A stretch of 64,000 nt of DNA, the filler included, from Alcyonidium flabelliforme (taxonomy: Eukaryota), in NCBI GenBank assembly GCA_026167845.1. It is 42 parts of 42 records of this genome, joined end to end, with 100 filler letters (N's around TTAATTAATTAA, not from the genome) between each part and the next. Parts side by side here need not be neighbours in the genome. Positions count along the whole stretch, not along the records: positions 25,323 to 26,762 come from JAOQFJ010000141.1; positions 26,863 to 28,296 come from JAOQFJ010000142.1; positions 28,397 to 29,819 come from JAOQFJ010000143.1; positions 29,920 to 31,341 come from JAOQFJ010000144.1; positions 31,442 to 32,862 come from JAOQFJ010000145.1; positions 32,963 to 34,381 come from JAOQFJ010000146.1; positions 34,482 to 35,898 come from JAOQFJ010000147.1; positions 35,999 to 37,414 come from JAOQFJ010000148.1; 34 more parts are not named here. The stretch is one strand, 5' to 3'. Made by a program: the position numbers and the translations under genes. Position 1 is the stretch's first letter. Every line of letters starts with the position of its first letter. The notes beneath the pieces are model-generated. The model was not told where the DNA came from. It saw nothing but the letters and a program-made list of their open reading frames with translations, and did no database searches. Positions 26,536 to 40,200 of this stretch are shown piece after piece.

Positions 26536-28447
26536 ACGAAATATGAAAGAGGAGATTAAATAGTCAATGAGCTATTCAGAAGCGTATTTTACACTATTCT
26601 TAAAAACGTATGATATTTTATCTCATTCGCATTCTGATTATTTTAATAACCTGACACCCACTTATTATAGTCGTTTAAGTGGCATATTGTTCACAAACTC
26701 TTTTCTTTATCAATTCATGTACTCTACATGTATCTTTTAAGCGTATCTTTGCTAATTTTCTTNNNNNNNNNNNNNNNNNNNNNNNNNNNNNNNNNNNNNN
26801 NNNNNNTTAATTAATTAANNNNNNNNNNNNNNNNNNNNNNNNNNNNNNNNNNNNNNNNNNNNGTCTATTGCAATAAATGAATATGAACATTTTAATCTAC
26901 GTACATGTATATAAGGTAAAAGATCGACTTGTGGTTAACAGGTCTCGATCATGACTTGATAGAGAGGTCTGCAAGTTTACAAACAAGACATTTGTCATGT
27001 CTAATGCCCATCCAATGTGTAGGATTATATTTTTTTAAGATTATTGGATTTTTACATTAGAACAGAATAGAATACAACATGCATTATAATGTGGTTTATG
27101 ACTGTTTTGGTGGGGTAATCTTATTCAAAGTGACTGTATGTGCTGTCCGATGCATTACCGCTAGGGAGTAATGACCATATTTTTAGATGAGGATGTGCAT
27201 CCCAAACTCAAAATATACACCCATTTTTAATGCTTTCAGTCTCAAAAATTGACACATTTTTACTGAATTTAGTTGTCTCTAAATATTTAACAGCATTTGG
27301 AAAGTTATAAAATTAAAAACACAATGTCCAAAGAATGTTTAATAAAATTACATAATTTAGTTATGCGATAACTTTTTATTTTCTTTGGAAAATGTAAAAA
27401 CTAAATATTACACATTTTGTAACTGCCTGTGTCGGCACAATAACAAACATGGCGGCCTCCAAGGATCATCGTGAACCGGAAAAGGTAAATAAACACCTTT
27501 CCGTCTGTGTAATACAAGTCATTAAGCAGATTTTGTTATTTTGCATTCCATGATTAGTTTTAAAAATAAGATCAACATTTTCAATTTGATTTTCTTCTGC
27601 AATCCGTAATTTATTCAACTGTGCATACAGGGTTTATGTTCATGTTATTTATAGAACGGGGATCTTGAGACTGCTTAGGTATTTTTTTTTTGAAATTGAA
27701 GGACTTGTCAAACTGTTGAGCCTTAATACATTTTGAAGTAATATAAATTTTGTGTACTTCTGTTCTTACCATCTTTTGATGTGTGATACATTTATATTGT
27801 CCCGCGTAAGGTTCATGCTAACTGTTTAAAACTGCATAATCCGCCGATCATATGTCATGACCTGCCGTAGTGATGCATTTACATGGTATCTGACTTGAGA
27901 ACAGGTTGTTACCATTTCTTAAAGTTAAAGGAAATATTTACTCATATTTTTACAAAGAAATATGAGAAAAAGGCATCTGCTTTATTAATATTAGCCTAAA
28001 AACATATTATTAAAAACTAGTTCTTAAAAAATTAACTTCAAATCATTAAATTGTTACCATAGTAATCATTTTTATACAGAAAAGCAATTTTTCACAGGTG
28101 AATTTTGGCTATTATGTAGAAGAATATAAATGTAACACAACCTCCAAGTTTCACCTTAAAATGTTGAACAGTTTTTACGTTATGATTTTTTTCATTTGAG
28201 GGAGGAAATTGTATGCTATATATAATGAACATGTTACAACAATGCTCTGAGAAAAGTGTTTTGAGTGATATATAAACAATTAAACGAAAACGAATANNNN
28301 NNNNNNNNNNNNNNNNNNNNNNNNNNNNNNNNNNNNNNNNTTAATTAATTAANNNNNNNNNNNNNNNNNNNNNNNNNNNNNNNNNNNNNNNNNNNNAAAG
28401 GAGCGCTGACATGTGGAGGAAAATGTCGTTAGCCCGAGTAGAGTTGG

Positions 28448-28738
28448 TCAGAGGATCTGGACCGGTCCACTTGAACCGGACAGACTGTCGAGATTGGGAT
28501 AGGAAAGGCATTCGATCAAGGAAGGCTCTTGAGTTTCGTATTCTGCAGGGTCGTCTTTGCCAAAAGAATCCTGCCACAGATCATTGGGATCAGTAGCGAG
28601 ACAGGGAGGCGGTGTCGGTATGCCAGAAGATTCATGCCAGATAGCGTGAAGGTCGAGATCCAAATCGTGGTCTATTAACATTAGCGCAAACTCCCATCAA
28701 AGAAACGGGTACAGACCATTCTCGTTCAATCCGTTCAT
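28448..28738 (-). CDS. Small spliced hypothetical gene with a fungal-type intron (28672-28716)
   Basis: 45-nt GTCTGT...GCTAAT...TAG intron joins MNGLNEN in frame to DHDLDLDLHAIWHES. Confidence 0.45.
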
Positions 28739-29083
28739 TTCTGCTATATGACTGGCCGTCGAACGCTGTAGGGAGAATATGGAAGTGTGTAAAGCAGCGA
28801 TTTAACGTGGGTTGGGAGGGATGGAAAGCTGGAGACTGAGCAGTTTTTATTCCTCTCTTATTACACAGAATCAGGACAAACTAGGGGGATTTATAGCTAG
28901 ATGCTAAGTTATCGAATGCGTTGAACGTATCAACAGCGTGCACGTTGGTACCCGTCACCAACCCAAGGAAAATTCACTAGCAGTATAGGCCTTATCTCTC
29001 CTTGGGGAAAAGACAAATAGATAGCGGAAAATCCCAATGTCATTCTCCCTGCCTCGTAAACGCTCTACCACATGGAGTCTCTA

Positions 29084-29633
29084 TCAAGGCTCAGCCTCAT
29101 CGACGGAGTAGGCTTGAAGATCGCTCGCTTCCAAGGCTGAAACAACACCATTACAAAGAGCCTGAACCGCTCGCTTGCGCTCCCACAATACTGAAGCTTG
29201 TTCATTGCAGAGCTGTAGAAGGATATCGCTATCGCTTGCTAGCAAGTCATTTGACGTTTGAAGCTGTCTCTGCTCCTCCTCGAGTCGTATTTTCTGGGCC
29301 GATTTGACGACGTAGCATTCCCATAGGCAAAAGTACAAGTCGAGCAATTTGAGGGCTGGTGTAGCGAGGGAGTCATTGAGGTTTACTACTTTCATGAACT
29401 CCGCCGTAAGGGTACCGCGTGTTCTCACTGGGATCTATTCAATATTAGTGGGGTTTTCATTCCCTTCCGTGGGGGATATGACCGACCTTGGGTTCAATGG
29501 TTGTGCCGTTTGTGACTTGCTGTGGTTGGTTTTCCAACTTGGGTTCATCTTCTGGAGCTTGGGATACTCGGCACTGTCTCTTGGCCGGCCGATCAATTGG
29601 GGAAGGCGAAGTGGGATAGTCCATTTTGGTCAT
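29084..29633 (-). CDS. Spliced hypothetical coiled-coil protein gene, probably fungal (intron 29435-29486)
   Basis: 52-nt GTCGGT...CACTAAT...TAG phase-0 intron fuses ORF 29457-29741 to ORF 29084-29428; RPAKRQ NLS-like motif; heptad-rich segment. Confidence 0.6.
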
Positions 29634-29959
29634 CAAGATAAATTGGATCAGAAATTCTGCTCGAGGGGCATTTATAGCTGACAATTCACGCGAGGCTGCT
29701 GTTATTTCTACCAGTGCTTCCTCACCTAGGGTCGACCGCAATTTTGAAGCCAGTGAACAGTTAGCTCAACCGCTGACGCTCGATCTCACCACCTGCTGAG
29801 AGCAAACTGCTCAGGAATANNNNNNNNNNNNNNNNNNNNNNNNNNNNNNNNNNNNNNNNNNNNTTAATTAATTAANNNNNNNNNNNNNNNNNNNNNNNNN
29901 NNNNNNNNNNNNNNNNNNNAGAGAAGACACATGGCTATTAAACCTGTTATATTTAATTT

Positions 29960-31135
29960 TTTTTTAGAAGCATTGTTTATGACGTAATTTCAAAATGGCC
30001 GCCAAATAGAGAATTGAAAGCCACATAATAGATATATCTTGATTATATTTTGGTTTAAGAGCGTCTTTTCGGTAGCAAAAGGTGAGATTTGTTAAAAAGA
30101 TAAGATTTACATGGATCAGCATATGTTTTCGAATTTTTAAAAACCAAAATGGCCGCCAAAAGGGGGAAGCAAAGACAAAAAAATGCGTATTTTGGTTATA
30201 TTTTGGTTGAAGAGCTTGCTTTTGCAAGGTGGATGCTTGTTTTATTAAAGGAATACGAATTTTAAAAAGCTAACATGAATCCGAGCATACGTTTACGGTA
30301 CCAAAAAATACAAAATGGCCGCCAAACAGGGTAGCAAAGGCAAACAAAAGGCATATCTTGGCTATATTTCGCTTTAAGAGCTTGTTTTTGGTAGAAAACT
30401 GTGTACCTTATGAAATAGATGAAACATTTGAAAGATTTTTATGGATCAGCATATGTCTTCAATACCACAAAATTCAAAATGGCCGCCAAACATGGGCAGC
30501 AAAGTCAAATATCAGGCATATTTTGGGGGTTTTTTGGTGATTGAGCTTTTTTTGGTAGCAGATTGACTGCGTCGTTAAATAAATAAAGCACAGAAAAGTT
30601 GTATATAGATCAGCACATGTTTTTGAAACCAAAAATTTCAAAATGGCCGCCAACCAGGGGAAGCAAAGTCGAACAAAAGACGTTTTTTGGTAATATTTTG
30701 GTGTACGAGCTTTCTTTCTTTAGCTTTATGTGTGGTTTTTCAATAGATATATCATGTTGAAAGGTTGACATGGATGACCATATGTTTTCGAAATCGTCAA
30801 ATTCAAAATGGCCGCCAAACATGGCGATCAAAGTCAAGCAAAAGACATATTTATATTTTGGCCATAAGAGCTTGTTTTGGTTGCAATTTGTGAGCTCCGT
30901 TAGATAGGTAAATAAATCTAAAACATTTTTAAGACGGTTAACATGGATCATCATACGTTTTCAGAATTCCAAACTTCAAAATGGCCGCCAAACAAGGGAA
31001 GAAAGGTCACATAATAGACATATATTGGTGATATTTTGGTATAAAAGCTCGTTTTTGGTAGCAAAATGTTTGTAAAAAGTAATGGTTACATAAATAAAAT
31101 GTTGAAGAAGTTGACATGGATCAGCATATGGTTAT
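29960..31135. repeat. Diverged tandem satellite, unit about 155-175 bp, 7 copies
   Basis: CAAAATGGCCGCCAA recurs near 29991, 30146, 30311, 30476, 30639, 30804 and 30977, with ACATGGATCAGCATATG and AAGAGCTTGTTTT motifs. Confidence 0.9.
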
Positions 31136-31441
31136 CCACGGGGCATGTAGTCTTTAAAAAAAACTTATCTTTTTATCAAAACAAATATTTGCCTACTAAA
31201 AACAAGCTCCTTAAAATTATTTCAATGCAAGCTCAACTCTCCCTAAGTAAGCTTGTTTTACCTCATCACTGATAAACGCCGATTTAAACGAGTTTTTTAC
31301 CAAAGTAATAACATCGTCTTCCGTCATCGGCAGATTCTCATNNNNNNNNNNNNNNNNNNNNNNNNNNNNNNNNNNNNNNNNNNNNTTAATTAATTAANNN
31401 NNNNNNNNNNNNNNNNNNNNNNNNNNNNNNNNNNNNNNNNN

Positions 31442-32061
31442 AGCTTTGGATAAGCGGGTATTCTGTTATTTCGGTCTGCCAGAGTACATACACTCTGATA
31501 GAGGTACACAGTTCGAATCTGATTTATTTCAGGAATTGTGCGACCTCTGGGGGGTAGACAAGACCCGAACCACCCCATACCATGGTATGGTAGAATACCC
31601 TTGGGGAGGCAGAAACCCACACTAAGTATGTCACCGACTGGAGCAGTATACATAGCAGTATACCCCAGTCGAGAAACACCCAGTTGACCCTAAGGTCGCA
31701 GCTAAGTCGGGGCCACAAATGCCCGACTACTACTACTGCGAAAAACGGCAACTGGAGACACCGACCACGCAAAGCTAGGCACGACAAACTTGCTCTGGCA
31801 TCTGTCCCTACAGTGCTAGATAAACGTTCTGTCAAACCCAAGGCAAGTGCTGGTCGAGAAGGAGCCCGTCGACGAATCATAACCAATAGTAGTCGACGAG
31901 GAGTGAGTAAGCAGGCCAGTGGTGCAGCCACTACTGTCGAGAAATCTAAGATGACGGTAGTCGCTCAGAAGAACACCAAGCCTGTCGAAAACTCTACACA
32001 GAGTGGGACCAAACGGAGTCGGAGGACACCTCAGTGGTATGGCAATCCTGTAACACACTAG
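31442..32061 (+). pseudogene. Ty3/Gypsy integrase remnant with an internal deletion, plus pol C-terminus
   Basis: HSDRGTQFESDLFQELCDLWGVDKTRTTPYH at about 31491-31583; C-terminal RSRRTPQWYG. Confidence 0.85.
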
Positions 32062-32070
32062 GATTCGACC

Positions 32071-32862
32071 CTGGGAGAGGCTATATGGTTGTACATTGGA
32101 TTAATTTCTTGGAATTAATTTATAAATACATCCATTTTCCTGTTTAATTATATTTGAACAGGACGGATATCGACGTCATATAACTTGACCTAGATATCCG
32201 ACATTCGCCTTGACCTTCTACTCTAGACTAGTGAGTCACAGTAACATCCGCTTGACAATGTAGGTCAATGCGATCATGTGACCTCAGAGTATTTCGTAGA
32301 CCATCACGTGACTAATTACATCTAGTCACATCACACGGAATCTCACGCTGGTTTAATGGTACTGTAGCACGAGAGATCAGTGACCAATCACAGAGCAGCA
32401 ATTGTGAATGCTACTTCCTCAGCTATCGGAATAAAGCGTTAGATGTGACACTCACAGGATGATTCCTGTTCTGACACTCACTGATAGAGGACCTCTCCTG
32501 AGAGCTACTACACTACCAAGTCTCACTGGCAACAGCAACAGATGACACCCAGAACAGACTGAATGCACTAGACCTGCTGACTGGAGCCATAGAGGACAAG
32601 CCTACTCTACTTTCTGACGTGGAAAACCGGACCCTGGCATAGAGAGTCATGTAAGTTTACATAAGCATAGCATATCTCATACTATCTATAGAGATTGAGG
32701 GATCTTGGAGTAGCGGTGAGAGCCGCCATACACATGTGTATGAAGCTATGGTTGCGACCTCCTGGATTCCAAGACATCTTAACCCGGAGTGGTTATTTGG
32801 AGAGGTGGGGACCCCTAACTCTCAAATGGTGCGGGATATGTTATGTAGATGTATTCTTACCC
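32071..32862 (+). mobile_element. Polypurine tract and probable 3' LTR (truncated)
   Basis: GGGAGAGG shortly after the pol stop, followed by TG; non-coding; AATAAA at about 32430. Confidence 0.55.
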
Positions 32863-33037
32863 NNNNNNNNNNNNNNNNNNNNNNNNNNNNNNNNNNNNNN
32901 NNNNNNTTAATTAATTAANNNNNNNNNNNNNNNNNNNNNNNNNNNNNNNNNNNNNNNNNNNNACCAAACACAATTTTTTTTTAAAACCCGACCAACTCGA
33001 TACGAAGGGTCGATGTCACTATCAATGTACCGCAATG

Positions 33038-33380
33038 CCCGTAGCTAGCAGGGGGGCAACTGCCCCCCAGATATTTTAGGAAGTGCCTTTTTTGGATGGT
33101 TATACGGATACCAGTTGCAAGTGCATTTTTTGATGGAAATACCAGTTGCAAGTGCCTTTTTGAGAGAAATACCTGTTGCAAGTGCGTTTTTGATGCAAAT
33201 ACCAGTTGCAAGTGCCTTTTTTGATAGAAATATTGAGTTTCCTTTGTTTAACCTTAATTTTTTTGCCTCGCTCCGCTCGGCGAGAATTTACGTTTGCCCC
33301 AAACATTAAATATGGTTCGAACACTCATAAGTGCCCATTTTCCACCGTTTGCACCCCTGACATTAACAGCTAGCTACGGC
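33038..33380. mobile_element. MITE-like element containing four 30-bp tandem repeats
   Basis: CCGTAGCTAG...CTAGCTACGG ends; (AATACCAGTTGCAAGTGCNTTTTTGA)x4 at about 33108-33225; related repeat at 54250-54325. Confidence 0.7.
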
Positions 33381-35037
33381 TATGTAAGCTCGACTCAAAA
33401 TATATCGGATGGTCTTAAAAGTCCATTATTTGAGGTTGAATATTTCCTTTGATATTTCACCCGATTGAGTTCGTCGAAAACCATGAAACTAAAAAATTCA
33501 ATAGATGTTTTTCTTTCGCAATGTATTTTTTCAAGGAATTAGTATGGTACTGATGACTGAACCGCCGATCGTTGGTCCACTTCCTGGGGATTCGCACCCA
33601 CCCAATTTAATACCTGGCTACGGGCCTGCCTTACTGGCTGTAGTTTTTCGGCACACCACTTGAGTGAATCTGCACAGACAATAGGCCTATGTTCTAGAAG
33701 GGTGCTGACCATGGGGCGAATAGTTGTTTATCAAACATTTTAACCCCTGGTGTTTCACACCTCACAACTGAAAAGACATGGCTTTTCTTTCCAAAATAGT
33801 GTATTGTGTCGGATGACTGACAAATCTTTAGTCGATTAAAATGCCCTTCACACATGGGTTCACTAAGTAAGTACATCAATGCAGGTGGTTTAGGTGATCA
33901 TTTTCACACTTGCTTTCCCCCAGTGCACAGGTCATATATCAGTTTCATAAACGATCTGCGCCTTACTAAGCAGTTTCTTTAATTCGTGTTGCATGTTCAT
34001 ACAATCAGCGCCGCTGCACTTTTAATCACAATTCCAAAATGTGCATACGTACCACGGATCTTACATGTGTATGCTGTAACTTTCCTGATACTGCACATAT
34101 CTTGAAAATTTGATTTCCTTAATTTCGAACACCCCACATACCATGATGATGACGAATTCTAAATTTTCGAACACCCTTCACTTTTTGCTGGAATAATTAA
34201 TTGTTTACTGTTCGAATATGAGGAAGATCTACCGTATACAAACTTTTAATTGACATGTCCTGTTAGAGTAAGATTGATTGACTTATACGACCTATAAATT
34301 GACATGTCCTGTTAGAGTAAGATTGACTTATACAAACTATAAATTTACAAAATCACTTAATATTAAAAACCAATTATTAACNNNNNNNNNNNNNNNNNNN
34401 NNNNNNNNNNNNNNNNNNNNNNNNNTTAATTAATTAANNNNNNNNNNNNNNNNNNNNNNNNNNNNNNNNNNNNNNNNNNNNACATCATCGAATGGTAAAG
34501 CTAGAAGATAGATGTGAAATGTTAGAGGTAATAGAAAAGGAGGAGGAGGAGGAGGTAACTAACTTTGTTACCGATGGAATTAATGTGCTGTTGGGGGAGG
34601 ACGACCACTCTACCGTCAATAAGGGGAGTGGTGAAAGTGCGGGGGATGGGAGATCTCCTCTCCCAGCTGGAAAAGGTAATTTTGTTGCACTTGTTTTTTT
34701 CCATGTTTCACCATTTCAGCAGATAACAGATTGCAAGACAGGATTCAAGACAAAATATGCCTAAAGTATATCAGGATGTATTTTGTGTGTCATATCAAAG
34801 ATGTACTTGATCTCAGTTTAATTATTAATCTTAATATCTCTGTCATAATTACCAACTACTGTGCTACCTCGCTCACTATATTCATCCTAAATTCAATACG
34901 GTTATAATGAATAAGTTAATCTCAGTTTGATTATTACCCAATTTTTTTTGTAGTTTTCCATTATCTTAATAACTCTGTCATAATTACCAACTACTGAGAT
35001 ATCTCGATAATTAAGTTTTGTTTCCATTTATTTTCAG

Positions 35038-35898
35038 GAATGCCAGGAATCTGGCTGCTCTTTGTCCTCGTGGGCACCATGAAGACGCTGCTTAGGGTCC
35101 ACTCTCACGAGAGAAAGGAGTGTTTCAAATGTTTTATTTGTCACCATGAGACAAATACTCAGCGTCCTCGACAGCGTCACGAAAGTGCTCACCTGGTTAG
35201 ATTCTTTTGTCACTGTCTATTTTCGGGTTCTTCATGTGATTCAGTACGCAAACACATGAAGAAGACCGAACATACACTTGCTGAAAGGGAAGGGGGTATC
35301 TTTGTCGTGGATAAAGATTCCTATTCACTGTTTTGTACCTATGTCCGAAAGGAATATGGAACAAAGATAACACCACCGGTGTTTATCAATCCTGTTCCTT
35401 TTGGACATGGTCGACCAGCGGGTAGGAAATCTAAATCCATACGCACAAAGGTACCTTCTTCTTCTTCTATCCCCTCTACTCCTATCGAAACATCTCGTGT
35501 TGCTCACACATCACCGCCCACATCTCCTCCCAGCATAACTCTACTTCCTTCATCTCCTACCGTCAACATACCAACTCCTGCGATTCCTCAAACCTTTTCC
35601 GCTATCATTCATCGTGAGCGTAAAAGATCTAAATCCATTCGTCGTCAGATCGCAGCCATCCATCGTTCTGACGACGATCTCCAGTCTGTCCAGCGAGACT
35701 GTCATGCCGCCTTTCAGCGGGTGATGACAGAATTTAACCAGGCGAGTGCAAAAGTGGCAAAGCTGGACGAGGACGGTGAGGATGGCGCATTGAACACTCC
35801 TTTCCTCGCGGACAATATGGCAGCCTTCCTTGCCGCGAGGAAAAGAGTAGTCAAACTACTTGACGATGCTCAATACAAATTTACAAAGCTTGAGGATA
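35038..35898 (+). CDS. Exon or ORF with two C2H2-like fingers, a Pro/Ser/Thr linker and a coiled coil (3' partial, function unknown)
   Basis: FKCFICHHE...RHESAH and FFCHCLF...RKHMKKTEH; ttttcag acceptor ending at 35037. Confidence 0.55.
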
Positions 35899-35998
35899 NN
35901 NNNNNNNNNNNNNNNNNNNNNNNNNNNNNNNNNNNNNNNNNNTTAATTAATTAANNNNNNNNNNNNNNNNNNNNNNNNNNNNNNNNNNNNNNNNNNNN

Positions 35999-36859
35999 CC
36001 ATTTCTTGATGTGTTAGTGGAAAACTTAAATAATGGCGAATTTGCTACATCGGTTTACACCAAACCTACGTCTGCTGATAATTGCATTTTACATGCTGAC
36101 AGTGAATGTCCAGAACGTTATAAAATTAATGTTCTAAACAATTATCTCAAACGTGCGTATAAGGTGTCGTCTAACTGGAATAGTTTTGTACAAGAATCGC
36201 AACGTATTAAACAAACCCTCATTAACAATGGTTACACCAACAGGTTTGTTGACAAACATACGCGTGTATTTCTTGATAAAATTAATAGATCTTCGCATAG
36301 CAACAACAATGCTACTGTAACTAAGCAACTTGGTGTAACTAAGCAACTACTTTATTTGAATCAAATGAGTTCAGGCTATAAAGCAGACGAAACCGCTTTA
36401 AGAAAAATATTCAATCAAAATGTACGAGTTGCGTCTCCTAATAATAGTTTAAAACTGGTTATTTATTATAAGAATTTGAAATCTTGTAATCTTGTTATGT
36501 GCAATAATCCTCATGGTCGGGTACGCACGGTCAGTAAAACCAATTTAATTTACGAGTTTAAATGCAATCGGGTCGAATGTATTCGACTCAATAACGTTCG
36601 TTACATAGGTGAAACTACCTGCACCCTATCCCGTCGATTATCTCAACATTTACAACATGGTGCTATTAGAGAACATTTTGAGAATGTACATAATTGTAGA
36701 CCGACTCGTTTAGATTTAGTTAATAACACCAATATTCGCTATATTGAACGTGACCATCAACGCCTCCTAACGTTGGAATCTCTTATCATTAAGTTTGAGG
36801 GTCCTATTGTGAACCAGCAGGATACCGGATTTTCCCGCGTACTCCACCTGTTTCATTAG
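35999..36859 (+). CDS. Penelope-like element ORF C-terminus: RT thumb, linker and GIY-YIG endonuclease
   Basis: PFLDV..., TSVYTKPT, SECPERYK, NNGY, LIYEFKCNRVEC...RYIGETTCTLSRRLSQH...HFENVH...LESLII...VNQQ. Confidence 0.93.
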   Translation, partial: PFLDVLVENLNNGEFATSVYTKPTSADNCILHADSECPERYKINVLNNYLKRAYKVSSNWNSFVQESQRIKQTLINNGYTNRFVDKHTRVFLDKINRSSHSNNNATVTKQLGVTKQLLYLNQMSSGYKADETALRKIFNQNVRVASPNNSLKLVIYYKNLKSCNLVMCNNPHGRVRTVSKTNLIYEFKCNRVECIRLNNVRYIGETTCTLSRRLSQHLQHGAIREHFENVHNCRPTRLDLVNNTNIRYIERDHQRLLTLESLIIKFEGPIVNQQDTGFSRVLHLFH

Positions 36860-36974
36860 TTTGGCGCTAGTAGTTTCCCGCCATATCAGTCATTTGAGTT
36901 TATACCATGTAGTGATCGGCTGTATTTATATTTGCTCTGATGTTATTATTCAGTGTTCGCTATTCTCACAGTTT

Positions 36975-37010
36975 TCCCTGAAGATGTCTTATGCTAGACG
37001 AAATATTGGA
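36975..37010 (+). ncRNA. Minimal type I hammerhead ribozyme, canonical core
   Basis: TCC-CTGAAGA-T-GTCT-TATGCT-AGAC-GAA-ATAT-T-GGA. Confidence 0.88.
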
Positions 37011-37065
37011 TTATTTGGATTGTTTGTGATTATGTATGGATTTATTGATCGTTTGATGCAATAAA

Positions 37066-37257
37066 ATGTGGATTTCAAGATTGATTGTTATGATGTCCCT
37101 TGGACAATTGCTTCACAGTTTGGACTCTGTCCCTGTCAAAAACGCCTTCAGGCACGTTGAACGTTTGTCAACAAAGTTGATTAAAACAAAATGGAATGTC
37201 GTATTCAACAGGACATGTTTAAATGAAAACATTCTGCCGACTTACACTAATAATTAA
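37066..37257 (+). CDS. Penelope ORF N-terminal restart within the pseudo-LTR (63 aa)
   Basis: MSLGQLLHSL...FRHVERL...FNRTCLNENILPTYT, homologous to ORFs at 25885, 50410, 50784 and 63323. Confidence 0.75.
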   Translation: MWISRLIVMMSLGQLLHSLDSVPVKNAFRHVERLSTKLIKTKWNVVFNRTCLNENILPTYTNN

Positions 37258-40200
37258 ATTGATTGATTTTTTTAAATCAACAAACTACTAGGCCAAATAA
37301 GCAATTACATATCGAGGGTTTGAGACAAAAATTTCATAACTTACTAAAATATTCACCTTGTGTTTGTAAATATTTATGCTATATTTGTAAAAGTCAATCA
37401 AGAAAAATACCGTTNNNNNNNNNNNNNNNNNNNNNNNNNNNNNNNNNNNNNNNNNNNNTTAATTAATTAANNNNNNNNNNNNNNNNNNNNNNNNNNNNNN
37501 NNNNNNNNNNNNNNGGACGGATTTTGTTCCGTCTGAACTATAGTGTTATCACTTATAACAATACACAATAAATTTACCTTTATAATTTATCTATTGTCAA
37601 CAATATACATTGGTATAAACACAATATAGAAAACGTAGTTTAAAAGTTATTAGTATCTGGCAACAATCATGCATTTGATGCTAGCTTAATTATAATACAT
37701 TACGAAATATCCTGCTTGCCGCTCAACCACACTTCTAAACCTGTGAAGTGCAAGAGACCGGTATTCGTTCACCGACATAGCAGATCTTTATCAGCTCCGT
37801 TCTATTCATCGCTAATTGGCCACTTATCGGATAAGCAACATGCAACTAGCTGCCTGTGGGTAAATGAAAAAAAATACACAAAAACGGATAATGATTTGTC
37901 TTCTATAAACAAAGTTTTTAAATGATTCGTGAAAAAACGTGTACAAATTGTCTTCGAATCACGAAAATCGGTTCACAAAAACCAAAGATCGCCGAATTTT
38001 ATTTTCAATCATCAGATTCAGGGCATTCCGATATGTACGAGTCACTAGTGTATTCCTGCGCTCAACTGAGTGAATGCGGCAAATGAGTTCTTAGTGTTTC
38101 ACAGAAATCGGATACTTTAAAAAAAGTTTTTAATAATGTTATTGAAACCAAAACAAGTTTTACTAATTTGGTTTCATTTTATCAACGACTTTGTTGTATT
38201 TAAGTAAAAATATTGATTCGGCAAATGTTGTGATTGTGATCATTATGACACTTCGTGACGTACACGGTATAATGTATCGCATGAACGCAAAAATTAACAA
38301 GAACATGATAAAATAAGACCTCGTTGACATGTTTCTTAAAAAGATTTATGTGTAAGCATCCTTTCAGAATTCAAATCGTTCTTCAGCGATTAATAATTTG
38401 CAGTTAGTCTCTCTCGCCCATGGTTTTATATTCGCTACTTCGACACTACACGCGACATTGAGAAAAACTTATGTTATTAGATCGGCACCCGCGCGATGGG
38501 CAAATTGAACAGAGCTGTGAAATACGAAATTCAGTCCAGACCGTTCGATGGGCCCGCCAACACTGAGCTTAGACGATGTTAAAAAGTTAGAGGTTTTTAA
38601 ACCTACTGAAATGCGCATTTCAGTTGCAAAACAGAAAACGCTTGGCCAAATAGTGCCTTCTGATAACCGTGGTGAAAGTAGTCCCTTATTGAATTCCCGC
38701 TCACATTAACACCTCGGGACATCGGAGTCGTGTTTACTTTAGCCTATTCATAAAGCGAGATTTAAGTGGGTCAATGACACAATGGATTGTCTGGAAACCC
38801 CGCTGGGAAATATACTGGTACAGACTAAATTAAAATGAAAGGGGCAAAGTTGGTAATGACTGACATTCATAATCATGTAAATAGACACAGCTGTACATTT
38901 CTACAAGATTCTGAAAACATTTTGCAGNNNNNNNNNNNNNNNNNNNNNNNNNNNNNNNNNNNNNNNNNNNNTTAATTAATTAANNNNNNNNNNNNNNNNN
39001 NNNNNNNNNNNNNNNNNNNNNNNNNNNGATATATGTTTATGATGTGAAACAAAAAACAAAATGTCGAAACAAAATGGCCGCTAAAAAAGAATGAAATATG
39101 AATGCATATATTTTGACCATTCAACACATTTTCCTAATCAAAATTGAGAAAACGAGTGACTTAAAAAACAAAAATGTACATTCCTGCCTATGTAGTAGGC
39201 GTACATTTGTTTATAAACAATAATGTTTCCATTTTAATCCATCAACACATTTGAAAGCTTGAATATTCGGAAAAAATGATATTTGTGTAAGAAATCAGTC
39301 AGAGTTTAATTTAGTTCGTATACCTCTAGTTCGAGAACTATTTTTGCCCAGTGTTCGAGATAAGACAGCGAATCTTAACAGTGTTAAACGTTGTCATCAA
39401 CAAAAATCACATTAAAATAGTGTACGTTAACGTTTTTGTCTTCGCATACTCAATACTTAGGTATTGATATCCTTAGTAGGCTGAGCGATTAGTGTTAACT
39501 ATAAAAATTGCTTAGCCAAAGTGATAGAAACATGAAAATTGGCACAAAGAATCGTTATATCATGCTCAATATTTGCAGGGATTTAGCCAAGAAGATAGTC
39601 ATTGGCTTGGCAACGGTTGCTAGGTAACACTATCCATTGGTAACCAGCGTTGTTTAGTAAGTAAAGCTTACTAAAAAGATACCCTTACTCTGCACTATCT
39701 AATATAATAAAAGTAAGAATAATTTGATATACATGTTCCAGTGATTGGAATAGCAAACAAATAAAATAATTTAAACGGTAGATTACAAATGTTCATAACC
39801 GCTTAATATTATAATATTCACTTGTTTAAAAAATCCCCTTTACTTGTGGCAATGTGAATCGATTTCAAAAGTCAATTATGAAAGAAGGTCGTTTTAAACG
39901 ATAAAAGAATTTGTTCTGAATGGTTTGTGAAAACCCTTCTCTTCATATCACCAATCCTATTTGTTATGGGCATAAATCTGATCATATCTTCAGCCATAGG
40001 ACCAACTGACCCTCCCTGACAACATAGGTTTCATGGACGAGTTTAACAGAGTTAGCAATTTATTCAGATTCGCAGTTGCAACATTCTAGATTTGTTTAGT
40101 TTTTAAAAAGGAGAAGCTAGGCGACGATTTAAAAAACTCCTAGGAACTTCCCTCAGGGAAACAGCAGAAACAAAGAAAGATTGAATTATGACACTTATCA

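Noticed and set aside
33108..33225. 30-bp repeats as a CRISPR array
   Set aside because: Head-to-tail repeats with no unique spacers and no cas genes, inside a eukaryotic MITE.
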